64,000 nt of DNA, from assembly GCA_964234715.1 (NCBI GenBank), contig OZ174284.1. The stretch is one strand, 5' to 3'. Of the stretch, positions 14,605 through 28,400 are shown piece by piece (position 1 is the stretch's first letter; each line of letters opens with the position of its first letter). The DNA comes from Podarcis melisellensis. Lineage: Eukaryota. Both the position numbers and the translations under genes were made by a program. The notes under the pieces are model-generated. The model was given only the letters and a program-made list of their open reading frames with translations, had not been told where the DNA came from and searched no databases.

Positions 14605-14804
14605 GGGCAGATCAACACTCTATATTTAAAGCATATTCAACACACATTTAAAGCTTGTGACTTCCTCCAAAGAATTATGGGAACTGAAGTTCCCCCTCAC
14701 AGGGCTACCATTTCCAGCACCCTTAACAAACTAGAGTGTCCAGGATTCTTGGGAGGAAATAATGTGCTTTAAATATGCTTTAAATGTATAGTGTGGATCT
14801 GCTC
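14605..14804. mobile_element. Palindromic MITE (possibly PIF/Harbinger-type)
   Basis: Long inverted ends gcagatcaacactctatatttaaagcatatt / aatatgctttaaatgtatagtgtggatctgc; related copies at 23505-23713 and about 25420-25610. Confidence 0.65.
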
Positions 14805-16586
14805 CAGAGTTAAGAGAAATCCACTTTGCACGTACTCAAAGGGTCACTTTTCAGTACTTCCTCCTGTTCCAGACCTTACCAAGTCTTTTCTTCAGCAGCT
14901 GTTCACATGGGTACATACGTATTTGATACTGCTCAGCTTCGTATGCACTTGTCTTCCACTGAGTCAGATCATCAGTCAAGGGAGCCCACATGGTGCTGTC
15001 CAGATGTTATTGGACTTCAACTCCCATCAGCCCCATTCTGCATGACCAATGGTTAGGGATGATGGGGGTTGGAGTCCAATGTCATCTGGAAGAAACCATA
15101 TTGACTAACCCAATACTGTCTACTTATGTTAAGAATGGCTCTCTGAGAGCAAGGTCTTCACTGGACAAGCTCTTTCAATGGGAAATCCAGTGGCGAGAAT
15201 GAAGAAGCTCTCAGCCCCCTTAACAAACTATAGTTTCCAAGTATGTGGGGGGTGGGCAGTGGAAACACAACCGTTACAAGTGGTGAACCAGTGCTTTAAT
15301 TATATGGGGCAGATGTGTGGAAAACACACTGTACAAGGTTTTCAAATGCAGATATAAATGATCAATGTAATGTTTAAACCCAGGGTGAAGAAATCATAAC
15401 ACCACCATTACAATTGTTTTTGAATGTAATAACTTTATTGATAAGACACACCAGTAGTTACCACCTTCACTTTTTTTAACCACAAATATACAGGACGTCG
15501 TAAACACAGGTGCCAGGGTGGCAGGGTTTATGTTAGTTGAGGGAGACATACTGGAGGAGAAAATGGGCCAGTTGGGGTAGGGCTTGTAGTTCACCGAACG
15601 TTTTGTAGATCCTGTATGGAGCAGGCCACCCTTTCATTGTCACATATGTATGCATATACATATGCATAGTTTTATATTATACATATATAATATATATACT
15701 ATACAGAGGCAGTAATGCTGTAGATGAGGACTGTAGAGACCCCACGATGTTATCAACGCCCCAGGAGCAACGAGAATGTCAGAACAAGTCTTTGTGTGCG
15801 TCGCATGAGGCAAAATGAACTGAGGTCTATGATTTCGTATTTTCAAATATGTTCCAGTTTAGATTCCTAAGACCAGACGGCCTGTCTAGGCATACGAGGT
15901 TCTGCCCACGTGTATGTGAAGCTATGGGGGACTGGCAGCATCAAATAGCGAGTCTCTCTTCCATTATTCCCAAGATGTGCGAGAAGTGAATGAAGTAAGT
16001 TCATGTGCCTATCTGGAGCTAAAAGGAGACCTTATTTTTGCTGCATTGGCTAAGGAACTGGAATGCCACCGAGCTGGTTTGCACTCTTGGATATTGGTGC
16101 ATCAGAAGGGCCTCTATCTAGAGATGGTTGGAGAGGGCACTTAAAAGATTACAGTAGACACACAGAACTTCCAACTCATCAACCAGTAAACACAGATCTC
16201 AAGCCAGTAAGTTCAATAAACACTCTTGGTTTTGATGCCCGCTTGGGACCCAAAAGACCTGAAGGGCGCACTACCAGGCTGGTGGTGGGCCACATTTGGA
16301 TTGGTGGGTCAGAAGTTGGACGGCCCTGGTTGACAGTACTGTTTTGACAGGGAAGTGTCTCGTGCTTAACAATATTTCTCTCTGTGTGCATGGCTTACAT
16401 TCCATGAGTCTGAGTAACTCAAAGCTGTAGGTTGCAGTCACACTACAGAAGCATCATGCAGTATCCAAGCGCAATGAGAATGGGTTTTTAATAACATCAA
16501 TTTAGAACTGCTTCACATTTGAATCAAATTATTTTGTCAAGAGTTTCCCATGGGAAACACAAAGTGTGAAAGGCAGGTATGTGTTG

Positions 16587-16630
<44 letters not shown>

Positions 16631-19600
16631 TGTATCAGGAAGCAACACTTGATCCCAGCTCCCTGCATGTCCGCTATGTGCAAGTGATGCTCATTGGTCC
16701 TTCACACTTGACGTGTTGACTGAGGGAAAGACTGGTATAATTCAGTTGCTCTATAAACTATGAAATAGTAATCATATATGGCAAATATTTATGTGCAACA
16801 CAGTGCTAGACTGTAGCTTCACAGAATACAAAGATATTCCAGCAGCATAATCAAACACCAATCGCTGGAGTGCAATTTCTGGGTTTCCAGAATTATCTCC
16901 TCAGATGCATGGAATGCCTGGCCCACTGAAGGATGCCCAGACGGGCTTGCACAGCATGATAACCAGTATCGTCACACACATTTTCTGGCTATATGGACAC
17001 TCTTTGTGCAATTAAAACTGAACGCACCCAAAACAATTGATCTTGCACCAATCAGTTAAAACAGAAAATACTAACTGGGAATCATCAAAGAGCAAGGAGA
17101 AAAGGCCAAGATGGGCCACTGGCCAGGACAGGAGTAGAACCTAGTTTTCTTTCCAGGTGAAAGTTTTATCACACATGGTAACAACAATTCTACAGGTGTG
17201 CTAGCATTAACTGCAAAACATGGCCTTACAGTACATGCTTTTTTCTTGGACTGGGACCCCCTGAACTTGACATGTTCCACCAGAGTTATGTGCAGGGTAT
17301 TCTCGTAGTTTTGTGAGCGTGTTGTGCATAACTGGGAAAAGCATTTCTGTTTGGTCTTAGGAATCTATCCATATGTGGCAGGGAAGGAGATGTAAAAACA
17401 ATCCCCATTGCACAAGTTAGGATTCGGTTTTTACGTATGTAGTTTAACACAGTCTTGGCCTATTCCCCAAGGCAAAACCCATTTATAAATCTGCTAACGG
17501 AACAGATGTTGAAAAATGGACCATCTCCCCTTCCACCCCTACGTGAAAAGCATGCAATGGACTCCCATAAAACTTTGCTGCAACACTGGGTTCCTCCCCC
17601 CTCCCTACCCTCCAATCCCATGTTTCTCTCTTTCCCTCCAGGGGGAGAGATGAAGAAAAGACCTCTCCTTGACCACAGTTATAAAGAAACCCACTCCGTA
17701 AAATACCCACCCACCCGCAAGCCTAAATATTAGGCCATCCCAATAGAAGAGGAACTCTGGGATGGAGAACATTTTCCCCTCCCTCAAGCCCTGTACAATA
17801 TTGCTTTCTCTTGGGACCATAAAGCGAGAGACTTTGTTCCTCTTTGTGCTTTATGAGTAACAGGCTCTTATACCCCTTGTCTCACTCCCTGCCGGCTTCT
17901 AGCCACACACAGTATTTAGTGGATCTCTAGAAAGGAGGTACCAACAGAGGGGATCTAGAGGCAATTCCACACACTCACACCAACATGCAAACCACACACC
18001 AGAGGAAGACCCATTGCCACTACATTGGCTCCTTCCCATTGCATCCCTTGAGAGAGGTCCCATGTCTTCTCAATTTAAATAACAACATGCTATTTAAAGG
18101 AAGGCTTCTCTCTTGATGCCACAGCTGTGTCTTATTCAGTTATCTTTTTCCTAGCTGGGTCCTGGCAAAGTGAAACAGTGGCCAAATGACATCTGCTCCA
18201 AACACTGTTCTTTGCTTACATTTAAAAAAAAATGTAGGGCAGCCTTTTCCAACTTGGTATCCTCCAGGTATTTTGGATTACAACTCCCATCAGCCGCAGC
18301 CAGCACTGCATCAAAAACACCTGGAGGGCATCAGCTTAGAGACTTGGCTACAAATTGGTCAAACCAACCTATTCCTGTCACGTTGGCAAGGCCAACTATA
18401 CATGCGTTGTGGGAGCTTCATAAAATACAGGTGACTGCATCTGATGCTTTCAGCAATATGAAGACCCAAAGCAGGCTTCTCTTTACATAGGAGAAGGAAT
18501 ATGTAGTATTGGAACTAGTGTGGCATATTCAGGTGAGCACTGATTCTTCATTCTGGGCTCAGAGCTATGCGCTCCCTGCATTCTTGACATTCTGTTCCTG
18601 ATCTCTACATTGTAATGCTACAATCAAAATGTTCTTCAGGCCTGTTGTGTGCCTTCTTCTAGGATATATTTCTTACCAGTCAACTGCAAGACGTCCTAAA
18701 AAACGTTTTCTTTAGACTGGCTCTGGGAAAATGCTTGTCACTGGGGCATGATGATGCAACTGGAAGCAGGCAAGCATTTCTACAAATGGATGATTAATAA
18801 GTGAGGAACTAGTTGGTGTTTGCTAATTATGTTCCACAGATGATTTTATGCAGCCACTGTGGCTCTGAGCACATATAAAACATTCTTTTAACAAATTTGC
18901 CTACTTCTTGTTGCATTAATATACTCCCCTGGCAAGCAATCACCCAGAACAGACTAAAACATTTACAGGGCCCATGTAGTGCCTTGGTTTGTGATGTTCT
19001 GGTGTAGAAATCCATAGATCTCATCCTAACTATATAGTCCTTAGCTCACTAAGTCTTCCAGCTGACCAGCAAGGAAATTATCTCCTGGGATGTTGAAAGC
19101 ATGAAACTCTTAAGGTAACATGCCTGAGTTACAGAGCCACATGAACCGAGTGCCAGCTATCAGGAACCAAGAGATTAAGATTCAGAAGGCAGCAGAGAGT
19201 CTAGGGCAAACAAATGCCACCACCCTACTCACTTTGGGTCACTTTTCACATTATATTTCTCTATTTGTGTGAAAACACAAATGGCCAACACAGCTTTTTT
19301 TCATTTTCTTTTTTGGTAATGCTGAAATGATCAGATACATATAAAGAGCTATGGGAGGTTTTTCTACCAAATGTTTTAATGCATAGCTATCTACAGATTG
19401 AATGATTATTCATCTGGTCAGGAATAACAACTACAAGAAGCGAACAGGAGAGCTTGTAACTATTTCAAATAGATTAATTTGAAAAAAGATAGTGCTGTGA
19501 TGTCAATGTGTTTCCACAGATGCTTTTAGAAGCAAGGGGTGTGTTCTCTTTGTAGCTCTCTCTACCATTTATTGAATGCTTAGCTCATGCAGGGTTAACA

Positions 19601-20196
19601 GAAGATGATCATAACACAGTGCAGGCGCTTTCACTTATCCCACCCAATCGAGAATAGTCAGGCTCTAGTTTACTAACACAACCAACTGTCTTTTCTCCCA
19701 GCGTGGCAATGTGTTCACCAAATGGAAACTCTGGTTTCATTCTTCTTGAGCACAAAGATAGCAGGGGTGACAGATGGTCTGCTCAGCCCTGGAGCTAAAT
19801 TGGCTTCCCTCTTAATTCCAGGAAAGCTAGGGAATTTGTCCAGTGGAAGAGACGGTCTCTTTATCCCACTTGGCAAAGGCTGCCATGGTTGTAAGCTTGA
19901 ATAGCCCAGTGTCCATGCGAGCCAGTCCCATTAATTCTTTCTCTTCCATGATGTTGTTCATCTCAAGGATTGATGTCACAGAGGGTACTTCTACGTGACA
20001 AGTTAACATGTAGTAAAGTAGCCTTCCCCAGACTAGAGTCCTCTGCATGTTTTGGAATATTCATCATTGCTGATCTTTGGCTATGTCGGCTGGAGATGTT
20101 GGGAGGTGCAGCTTGTAACATCTGGAAGGCTCCAGGTTGGGGAAGACCCTACAGTAAATAACTTCTGCTTTACTACACTGCACACCAAGTAAATTA

Positions 20197-20242
20197 TAGA
20201 ATCATAGAGTTGGAAGGGACCCTGAGGATCATCTAGTCCAAT
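20197..20242 (-). mobile_element. CR1 extreme 3' end fragment
   Basis: atagaatcatagagttggaagggaccctgaggatcatctagtccaa is the reverse complement of a CR1 tail like the one near 21000-21054. Confidence 0.7.
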
Positions 20243-20569
20243 GCAGCTGACCATGACATCTTAACATGGTCCTGTGTTAACTGATGCTTTGCATGTGGCC
20301 TGCAGGGAGGTTCTGATACACCTCTTTTTAGAAGTTCATTATATGTGTATGTGCAAAAACACCTTTAGGATGTAATCCAATAGACACATTTTTTCAAAAG
20401 TAAGCCTCCCTGAATTGACTGAGGCTTATTTCCAAGTAAACGTGTATTGGATCAAGTTGTAGCTGTGGCTTATTCTCCCCGATACTTTGTGCAAAAGGAC
20501 AAATTCCATATAAACCGAGATCAAAAATAAGCTTTGGAAGCAGGGAGCTTTCTAATGAGCAACAACAAA

Positions 20570-21054
20570 GCACCACAGTTCAAGAAGGACACTGACAAAC
20601 TGGAACGTGTCCAGAGGAGGGCAACCAAAATGGTCAAAGGCCTGGAAACGATGCCTTATGAGGAACGGCTAAAGGAGCTGGGCATGTTTAGCCTGGAGAA
20701 GAGGTTAAGGGGTGATATGATAGCCATGTTCAAATATATAAAAGGATGTCACATAGAGGAGGGAGAAAGGTTGTTTTCTGCTGCTCCAGAGAAGCGGACA
20801 CGGAGCAATGGATCCAAACTACAAGAAAGAAGATTCCACCTAAGCATTAGGAAGAACTTCCTGACAGTAAGAGCTGTTCGACAGTGGAATTTGCTGCCAA
20901 GGAGTGTGGTGGAGTCTCCTTCTTTGGAGGTCTTTAAGCAGAGGCTTGACTACCATATGTCAGGAGTGCTCTGATGGTGTTTCCTGCTTGGCAGGGGGTT
21001 GGACTCGATGGCCCTTGTGGTCTCTTCCAACTCTATGATTCTATGATTCTATGA
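20570..21054 (+). mobile_element. CR1 LINE 3' fragment
   Basis: ORF2 C-terminus ([56 protein letters not shown]) and the CR1 (ATTCTATG)n tail. Confidence 0.95.
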
Positions 21055-22486
21055 AAGCTACAGTAATTTTGCTCAACGGAAGCGTGATTTACAACACAGT
21101 GAATATGGGTTAATATTTTCCGGGAATTTTGGCACATTGAACCATTTCTGCCAGTGCTCTGATGTGTCCAGATTACAAATAATCTAAGCCTTTTTGCCAA
21201 GATCTTCCAAACCATTGTAGGTAGCTATTTTCCCTATTGAACTTTACTCCGCGCTATGTAAGCCTATGGCAATCTCTCCCATGTAATCGCCTCTGCCCTG
21301 GATTTGGGATCCCACTTTACTCTAGTCCAACCCTGTGTTGAGTCGTAAATGAGACACAGCTGAAGTAACATTTAAAACTACATCCTTTAAAACTACATGT
21401 TCCTGTGGATTTTGGTTGTGCTGGAAAAATTTCCTTGCAGACCTCCTTGCGGGTTCTCAACACTTTTCCTCCATTAAAAAAAACCAACCAAAAGCAAATT
21501 ATCTCAGTTCATCAGACCATGTATTAGCTTGACATGGAATGGGTAGGGAATTATATTCCTCTCCCGGGAAGAAAGAGCTGCCTCATACCCAAAACAAACG
21601 CTCACAACCACTTGGTACTTTTTCAACTGGGATTAACTTTGACCTGCACTTTGCTCTGAGCGATGCAGTCGCATGATACCTCTGCCACAGGCTCAGACTG
21701 CAGTTGGGGGCTCCCAATGGCTTCTCCAAAAATGCAAGCTGAGCGAGCACCCAAGCACAATACGTGCTTGTTATAAAAGCCTTACATAGCCAGTTAGAAA
21801 AAACAAGCACTCTTATCGGGGTCAAAATGTTTGTGAAATTTAGCGAAGCGAGTATCCTTTTGTAGCTCAATACTGTCAACTCTGGCAAGGAATGGATGTG
21901 AATCTTTGTAATTTCAGGTAAAGGGCAAATCACAGTCCTATTTGATATCACTGATACCACACAAAGCTTACACATCACTCACCCTTGCATGCCTGCATGC
22001 TCACTCACTCTCCCAGGTCTGCCTACCTGTCTAAGTCCTGTTCTCTCTTCTCACTACTCACACACAGACATGTCAACCTCGGATACCACCTCAGCCAGTC
22101 ACTCCCCCCCCTGCCCTGCAGCCATGCTTCCCCCACCCCCTCCCCCCCTACAGAAAAGGGTGAATTCCTGCCCTCGGCAGCTTCTCCTACAAAGAGAGGG
22201 CGACACTGCGCTGCAGAATGGACCGTAAAACACTTTGCAATCAACAATTTGGTTTGGGTGGCGAATTCAGAAGTGGGGAAGAGGTGTCAGGGCTGTTGCT
22301 TCTCCCCACCCACCCTGTTTGTTTTTTAAAAAAACAAGAAATAAAAACAGAGACCCTAGAAGGCTGGAGAGCGGCCAAGAGCCCCCTCTGACTCTGATGC
22401 ACCTGTGTCTTGTTTTGCACCTTGGCTTGTTGGTGGCAGAGGGGAGCGGGCAGAGGGGGAGGGAGGGGGGAGGACTCCACCGGCTC

Positions 22487-25400
22487 TCAGTAGTCCTGGG
22501 CTTGGTACCCCTGTGCCTCAGCATCAAATGCATCTGCCGAAGGGGCCTGTTGGTACGTCCCCATGCTATCTATAGTGTCATCCTCGTTTGTGTAGGGAGC
22601 GTAAGGCATGCCAGCCTCCTGGCTCGGGTCCGTGTAGTCCTGGGAGAAGAGGGCTGAGTCGGCGCCAAGCTGGTATCGCTGGAATGCCAGGAACGACTGG
22701 CCCACCTTTAAGGGAGGATGCGGCAGTGCGGGAGAGAGGTTTCCGGAAGGGAAAGAGCATTTGGTGGGGGCGGGGGGGGGAGAGAAAGGGAAGCATACCG
22801 AGGAGAAACAAACAGAAGCCGGATTAGTAGTGGTTAGTGCACAAGACATTAACTTAGCGCATGAGACATACTGTAATTAACAAGTTAAAACACAAATACA
22901 TCCTACAGCAAGAAGAAGATTTGGCACACTCTAGAGAGAGTACAAGTTCAGGAAAGAAGCCACAGAGAGAGAGCAACGGGGGAGAGGAACTCATTTCAGT
23001 GGGAGATGATTTGGCAGAAGGCTTGCTTCCACAACCTGTTGTATGTATCTCGCTGTCGTCATGAAAAAGTCTGGCAGAAGCAAGGCAGCACTAATGTGGG
23101 TGCTCCAATTCACCACACTGGGATTGGATGTGCTTGTTTAGCGCACACAAGGCCTCTACGAAGCCTAGGTTTGTTGAGGGCCTCAGCCCAGGCCAATTTC
23201 CTGCTCATTCAAGGGGGTAGCAGAATCAGTGCAGGGCTGGGTAGCCAGTTTGGCAGCATCAGCATGGGAACGGCAGCAGTGGCTTGGGGAGAAAGATATC
23301 TGACTTTTCCAAGGACTTGCCCTGGATTAGGGATCGGAGGAAGACTGACATTTTACACACACACACACAACCGCACGGCCATTCAAGGCAGCTGTGAAGA
23401 GGCCCGGCTCCATCACTAAACCTTCGTTTGTGCAATGCTGTTTGGCAAAACAAAGAGTGTGGGAGGTGCAGGGATTGTGGCTCTTCAGCTGCCCTCTGAC
23501 ACAGGTCACATCTGCACCACAGGTTTAAAGCACGCTTGCTCCACTTTAACAGCCATGGAGAATCCTGGGAACTGTAGTCTGCTAAGGATGCTAGAAATTG
23601 TAGGTCTGTGAGGTCAGAGCCCTTGGTAAACTACAACTCCCAGGATCCTTTGGGGGAAGCCATAACAGCTAAGGTGGTATAGGAGTGCTTTACATGCCTG
23701 GTGTGGATGTGACATAGTCAGCTTGGAGATTGTGCCCAGAGAAGAGAGAGCCAAGAGGACATGAGGAGAAACAGAAGTTTGATTTCAGCGGTGACCCATC
23801 GTGGTTAAACATATTAAGACAGGAGTGAGGCAGAGAGAAAGGCACATGGTTGTTATATGGCATTAGTTATTTGGGGAGAAGGCACAGCAGAGAAGGCACA
23901 AAAGAGAGAACCCTGAACAGTACGCAGGTGTACTTTGAATTATTTAAGAGGTAGGGGATAGGTGAAGCCCTCCACAATTCCAAGGGGTGCTGGTGGTCTC
24001 TCCCTCTTTCTCTCTCTCTCTCCCCTCGCCCCATCAGCTGCACAAATTGCGTATATTTTATTCCTCTTTCTCTCTTATCTTCCTTCCTGCCCCTGAGATC
24101 GAAAGTCAGAAATACTTTCACTCCAAAATTTCCTCCCCGATATGCCCATTTTTAATGGGGACTGGGATTAGGGGAGCACTGGCGGGGAGCTAGGGAACAG
24201 TGTGTTGTATTCTTCCTGAAAAGTAATTTCTCCGAGTCTCCGAAAGGCCAGAAAGGTCAGGATGCCCTGTAGGGAGAGAACAGGAAGGAAGAGGTGGGTG
24301 GGTGTGAGAGAAGAGAGCTGGTGAAGGAACATAAGCAAGGCCCTGGAACTGAAATAAGGACTCCCGTGGAACAAAAGGGGAAGGGTGTTTAAGGTCTCTT
24401 TGGCAGAGGGGAAGGGCTGGGATGCCGCTGGAGGGCCTCCTTTTGCTCTTGGCATAATTGTCAAGGGCAACCGACCCCCTCCCTTCATCCAGAGGCAGCT
24501 CACCTGGTAGGGAGCAGTCACTACGCTAGTTTCCTGTCAAATGGGCTGCTGCCTGGAGGTCTGTGTGGCACAAATCCAGCAGGCTCATCTCATGTTCTGA
24601 TGACCTCCCTGCCATAGTTACTTGAGGCACCTGGTGTGCAGTTTCTGGCTACATCTTTTCTTTGGGTTTCCTATGTGGCTGTGGACTGTTAGGTTTCAAA
24701 GAGATGTGGGCAACTAAATGTATGGCCGGTGAAACTGTCCAACGTTTGTTTGTTTTTCCGGCCAATGATTATTTTGGCTCGTAAGGTGACTTCCTAGTTG
24801 GTGGAGCTGGAGCCTGAAATGAGGGAACTGCATTGCATCTAGTAAGACTGGAGGTGGTCTGCGAATGACATCCATAGCTTGCTAGCCAGGTCTGGGCCTG
24901 TATTACTCACCCAGGTGAAGAAAGAAAAGAGGGAGAACGTGATGGCTGCTCGGGCGGCATCTGCTCCTTCGTTGAATGGGTTGTTTTCTTTCTTTGAAAC
25001 ACGCCATTGGTCGGCCAGGAAACAAAAACTGACAAACCAGAGGAAGGCCCACAAGCCTGTGAAAAACCACCATCAAAAGAAGAAGGACGACAAGGGAGGA
25101 CAAGGTTTAAGTGAGTTTGAAGGTGTTGCATTCCCCCAGCCAACAAATACCCTACAGCAGGCTTTGCCAACCAGGTGCCCTCCAGAAGGCTTGGACGACC
25201 ACTCCCATGAGCTCAATGGGAGCTGTAGTCAACTGATGGGAGTTGTAGTCCAAAGAATCTGGGGGGCATCTTGTTGAGGAAGGCTGCTCTACAAATCTAT
25301 TTTGCATACTGGGACCAAGTCCAATTGAGTAGCCTTATGCAAGAGCATCTGATATGGAACTGCAGGTTAAAAGGCAAAATTATCACCTTCTCAGTCTCAT

Positions 25401-28400
25401 GGTTCCCTCATAACATTTAGGCCCCAACTTCCCTATACATCTAAAGCAGCATCGTATCACTTTAAGCAGATGTGGCTCCCCTTGCCCCAAAGAATCCTGG
25501 GAAGTGTAGTTTGTTAAGGGAACTGAGAGTTGTGAGGAAACCCCCAGTCCCCTCATAGAGGTACAATTCCCAGAGTTCCCTGGGAAGAGGGAGTGACTGT
25601 TAAACCACCAGAGTAGAGGCGGGGTATAAATGTAATAATAAATGAAAGAAGTAAGGAAGTGACATCCTTTGGAGCAGAGGTCAGCAATTTTTTTCAGCCC
25701 TGGGCCAGTCCACTGTCCATCAGACCTTGTGGGGGGCCAGACTATATTTTTTGGGGGGGGGATGAACGAATTCCTATGCCCCACAAATAACCTAGAGAGG
25801 CGTTTTAAATAAAAGCACACATTCTACTCATGTGAAAACACCAGGCAGGCCCCACAAATAACCCAGAGATGCATTTTAAATACTGTAAAAGGGCACATTC
25901 TACTCATGCAAAAACACACTGATCCCCAGACTGTCCGCGGGCCAGATTTAGAAGGCAACTGGGCCGGATCCGGCCACCGGGCCTTACTTTGCCTACCCAT
26001 GCTCTGGAGTGATGAGGGAAGGCAGTTTCGGCAGCAGTGAACTCCCTGCACAGTGGATATATCCAAAGGAATTGCCTGGCATTTTGTCCACTTCTCTCGG
26101 CTCCCTTTGCTTCCAGAGAAGAGAGCCTTATGCCAAAGGAGACATCTGTCCATTTACTCCTGAGGATCCCTTGCCTGTAGTTGAGCACTTCTCCAGGAGA
26201 GCCAGGGTTTCATCTGGCATTTGAGGCGTCACCTTTTCCTCAGGTTTGGGACCTGTTCAGCCTCAAAGTAGGAGGCTGATCTCACCCTTGTGTATGGATG
26301 GCCCTTCCTTGGCCTATTTGCAGGATCCTGGCTCTTCATCACCAGATGACCCAGGGCTTGGTGGAAGGCTGGGTCCTCCTGGTCCTCCTCTAGCTGTGAG
26401 ATATGTCACCCATTCCTTCTCTTTAAAAAAAAATCCCCTTTGCTTACGGGACTGCTGGGCAAACTGCAAAGAACAGTGCAGGTGACACCCCAGCCACCTG
26501 CCATCTTTATTTGCTTAAAAATTAACATGTGCATTATTTATTTATTGCAAATCTGGGTCAAGGGTCCGATGCACCATCCCCAATCTTTAAGTACCTAGTA
26601 AGACCAATGGGTCTATCCACTTAATTCATCGGGAATCCAAAAAAGAAGCGTCAATTGCTCATTTATTCTTGAAATGCAGCATCTCTGCAGAACTGAGCCA
26701 TACAATTAAACATTGTATTTGGAAGCTGAAGGATGAACAGCTCCAAAATCAACTGCAGCAGAACTCCAGGCTGCATACACAGCTACTGGACTCTTGCCAA
26801 AAGCCCAGGACTTGCTTGTTTGTTTTAAAGGAGAAAATGTGTCATTGAATCTTTTCATACTTTTGAATGGTCCCTGGTATGACCTGGTTGCTGGGCTTCA
26901 TACCCAGAAGAGTTGTACATGCACTAGAAATGCATAGAAAAGCAACACCAGGAAGCAGTAAGAAAGAAAGAAAAACCAATCTAGAAATATAGAACAGAGC
27001 CTTGTGTATGATGAGACAGACAATGGGCTGGACTTGTTAGCCTGCTTGATTTCAGTGGATCTACTCTATGTATGAATAAGTCTAGCTCCAAACCAATGCG
27101 TTTTTCAAAGCACTGAAGGCAGTTTAGAAGAGCGGTGACTGCCTCACTCCCACGTCCTCCACTGGTAAACAGGTTTTGCAGGTTTTGGTATTTCAAAAGA
27201 AACATATAGGTACACCTTAATACAAAAGAAACATATAGGTACACTGTAATACGTGGAATCTCTGAAACCACTTTCAGCTTCCTTCCAAGCTATCTCTGTC
27301 TCCAGCCTTAAAGTAGAGACTGCATCATAATAATAAAGCTCAGCATTCATGTTGTTCTTGAGAACATATGAAGTACTGCAAGGGGTATCCAGCCAGCTCA
27401 CTCAGATTAGGACCAGTGAAATCAATATGGACTTGTTTAAAGTTCATAGCAGAGGCCTGATTTTAACTGGGAACTTTGTAATTCAGCCTCTTATTAGCTC
27501 ACAAGCAAGTGTACTTACTTACTTACTTCCAAGTAATGATGGCTAGGAGGATTGAGCTATTAAGTTTAAAATTTGCTTCTGTTTATTACCCTTCACTGTG
27601 TCTGAGTGCTCCGTACTAATATAGTCTCTTCCTGGCTGTATGCTGCCTAGCTGCACTAAGGAACTTGCTAAAGGGAAAGAAAACTGTCCCTGGATAAGCT
27701 TGCAAACTTAATTACAAGCAGAAAAATGAGCCAGCACTGAGCCAATGTCCCTTTCACGCTGACGTCATTAACTGCAGGAGAGCTAGAATCCAGTTTATTG
27801 AATGAAGAGGATGTTTTAAGAAGGAGCGGACAATTTACTTAAAGGACAATAAGAGAAACAGTTTGTAACATTAATGAAATAATGTGTGTTGCCTGCCGGC
27901 ACTTTTGATTTATGTCTCAAAAGGCACCATCCTATGTTGCAACCCAAGTGCTTTTTATAAATCAGTCCTGTGTATTATTATCATACCTAAGAAATACATG
28001 GGCATGGCCAAGCTCCTTCTGGAAAACCCATAAGGTCCCCGGGCAGATTACAAGAATATATTAATACAGCATTAAAAACAGTTAAAACAATTTACATCAG
28101 GAGAATAGGGTGGGCCAATGTATATCTGTCAAAGGCCAGGATAAACTGAAAGTGGTGTGTGTGTGTGTGTGTTCATGTATAGTCCTTTTCTATATATATA
28201 TTTACTCCCTTCTTTTTATATAGACATTTATTTATTTAAAACCATGTTTTCTTTGGGATTCACCTCTTGCAATGAGAGTGTTTATCTCATTTTGTTTAAT
28301 TTATATTCATAGCTGGAAGTTGGGTGATGGAAGGCCTCAGAGGCAGAGAAGCGCTTTTTGCAGTTTCCAAATGGCATTCCAGGGAACCTTGAGGATTCCT

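Noticed and set aside
26286-26393. Possible cassette or poison exon in SYNGR1 intron 2 (ctcacag|CTAGAGG...CAAGG|gtgag)
   Set aside because: No polypyrimidine tract before the acceptor and no independent support; it would introduce a stop in the SYNGR1 frame.
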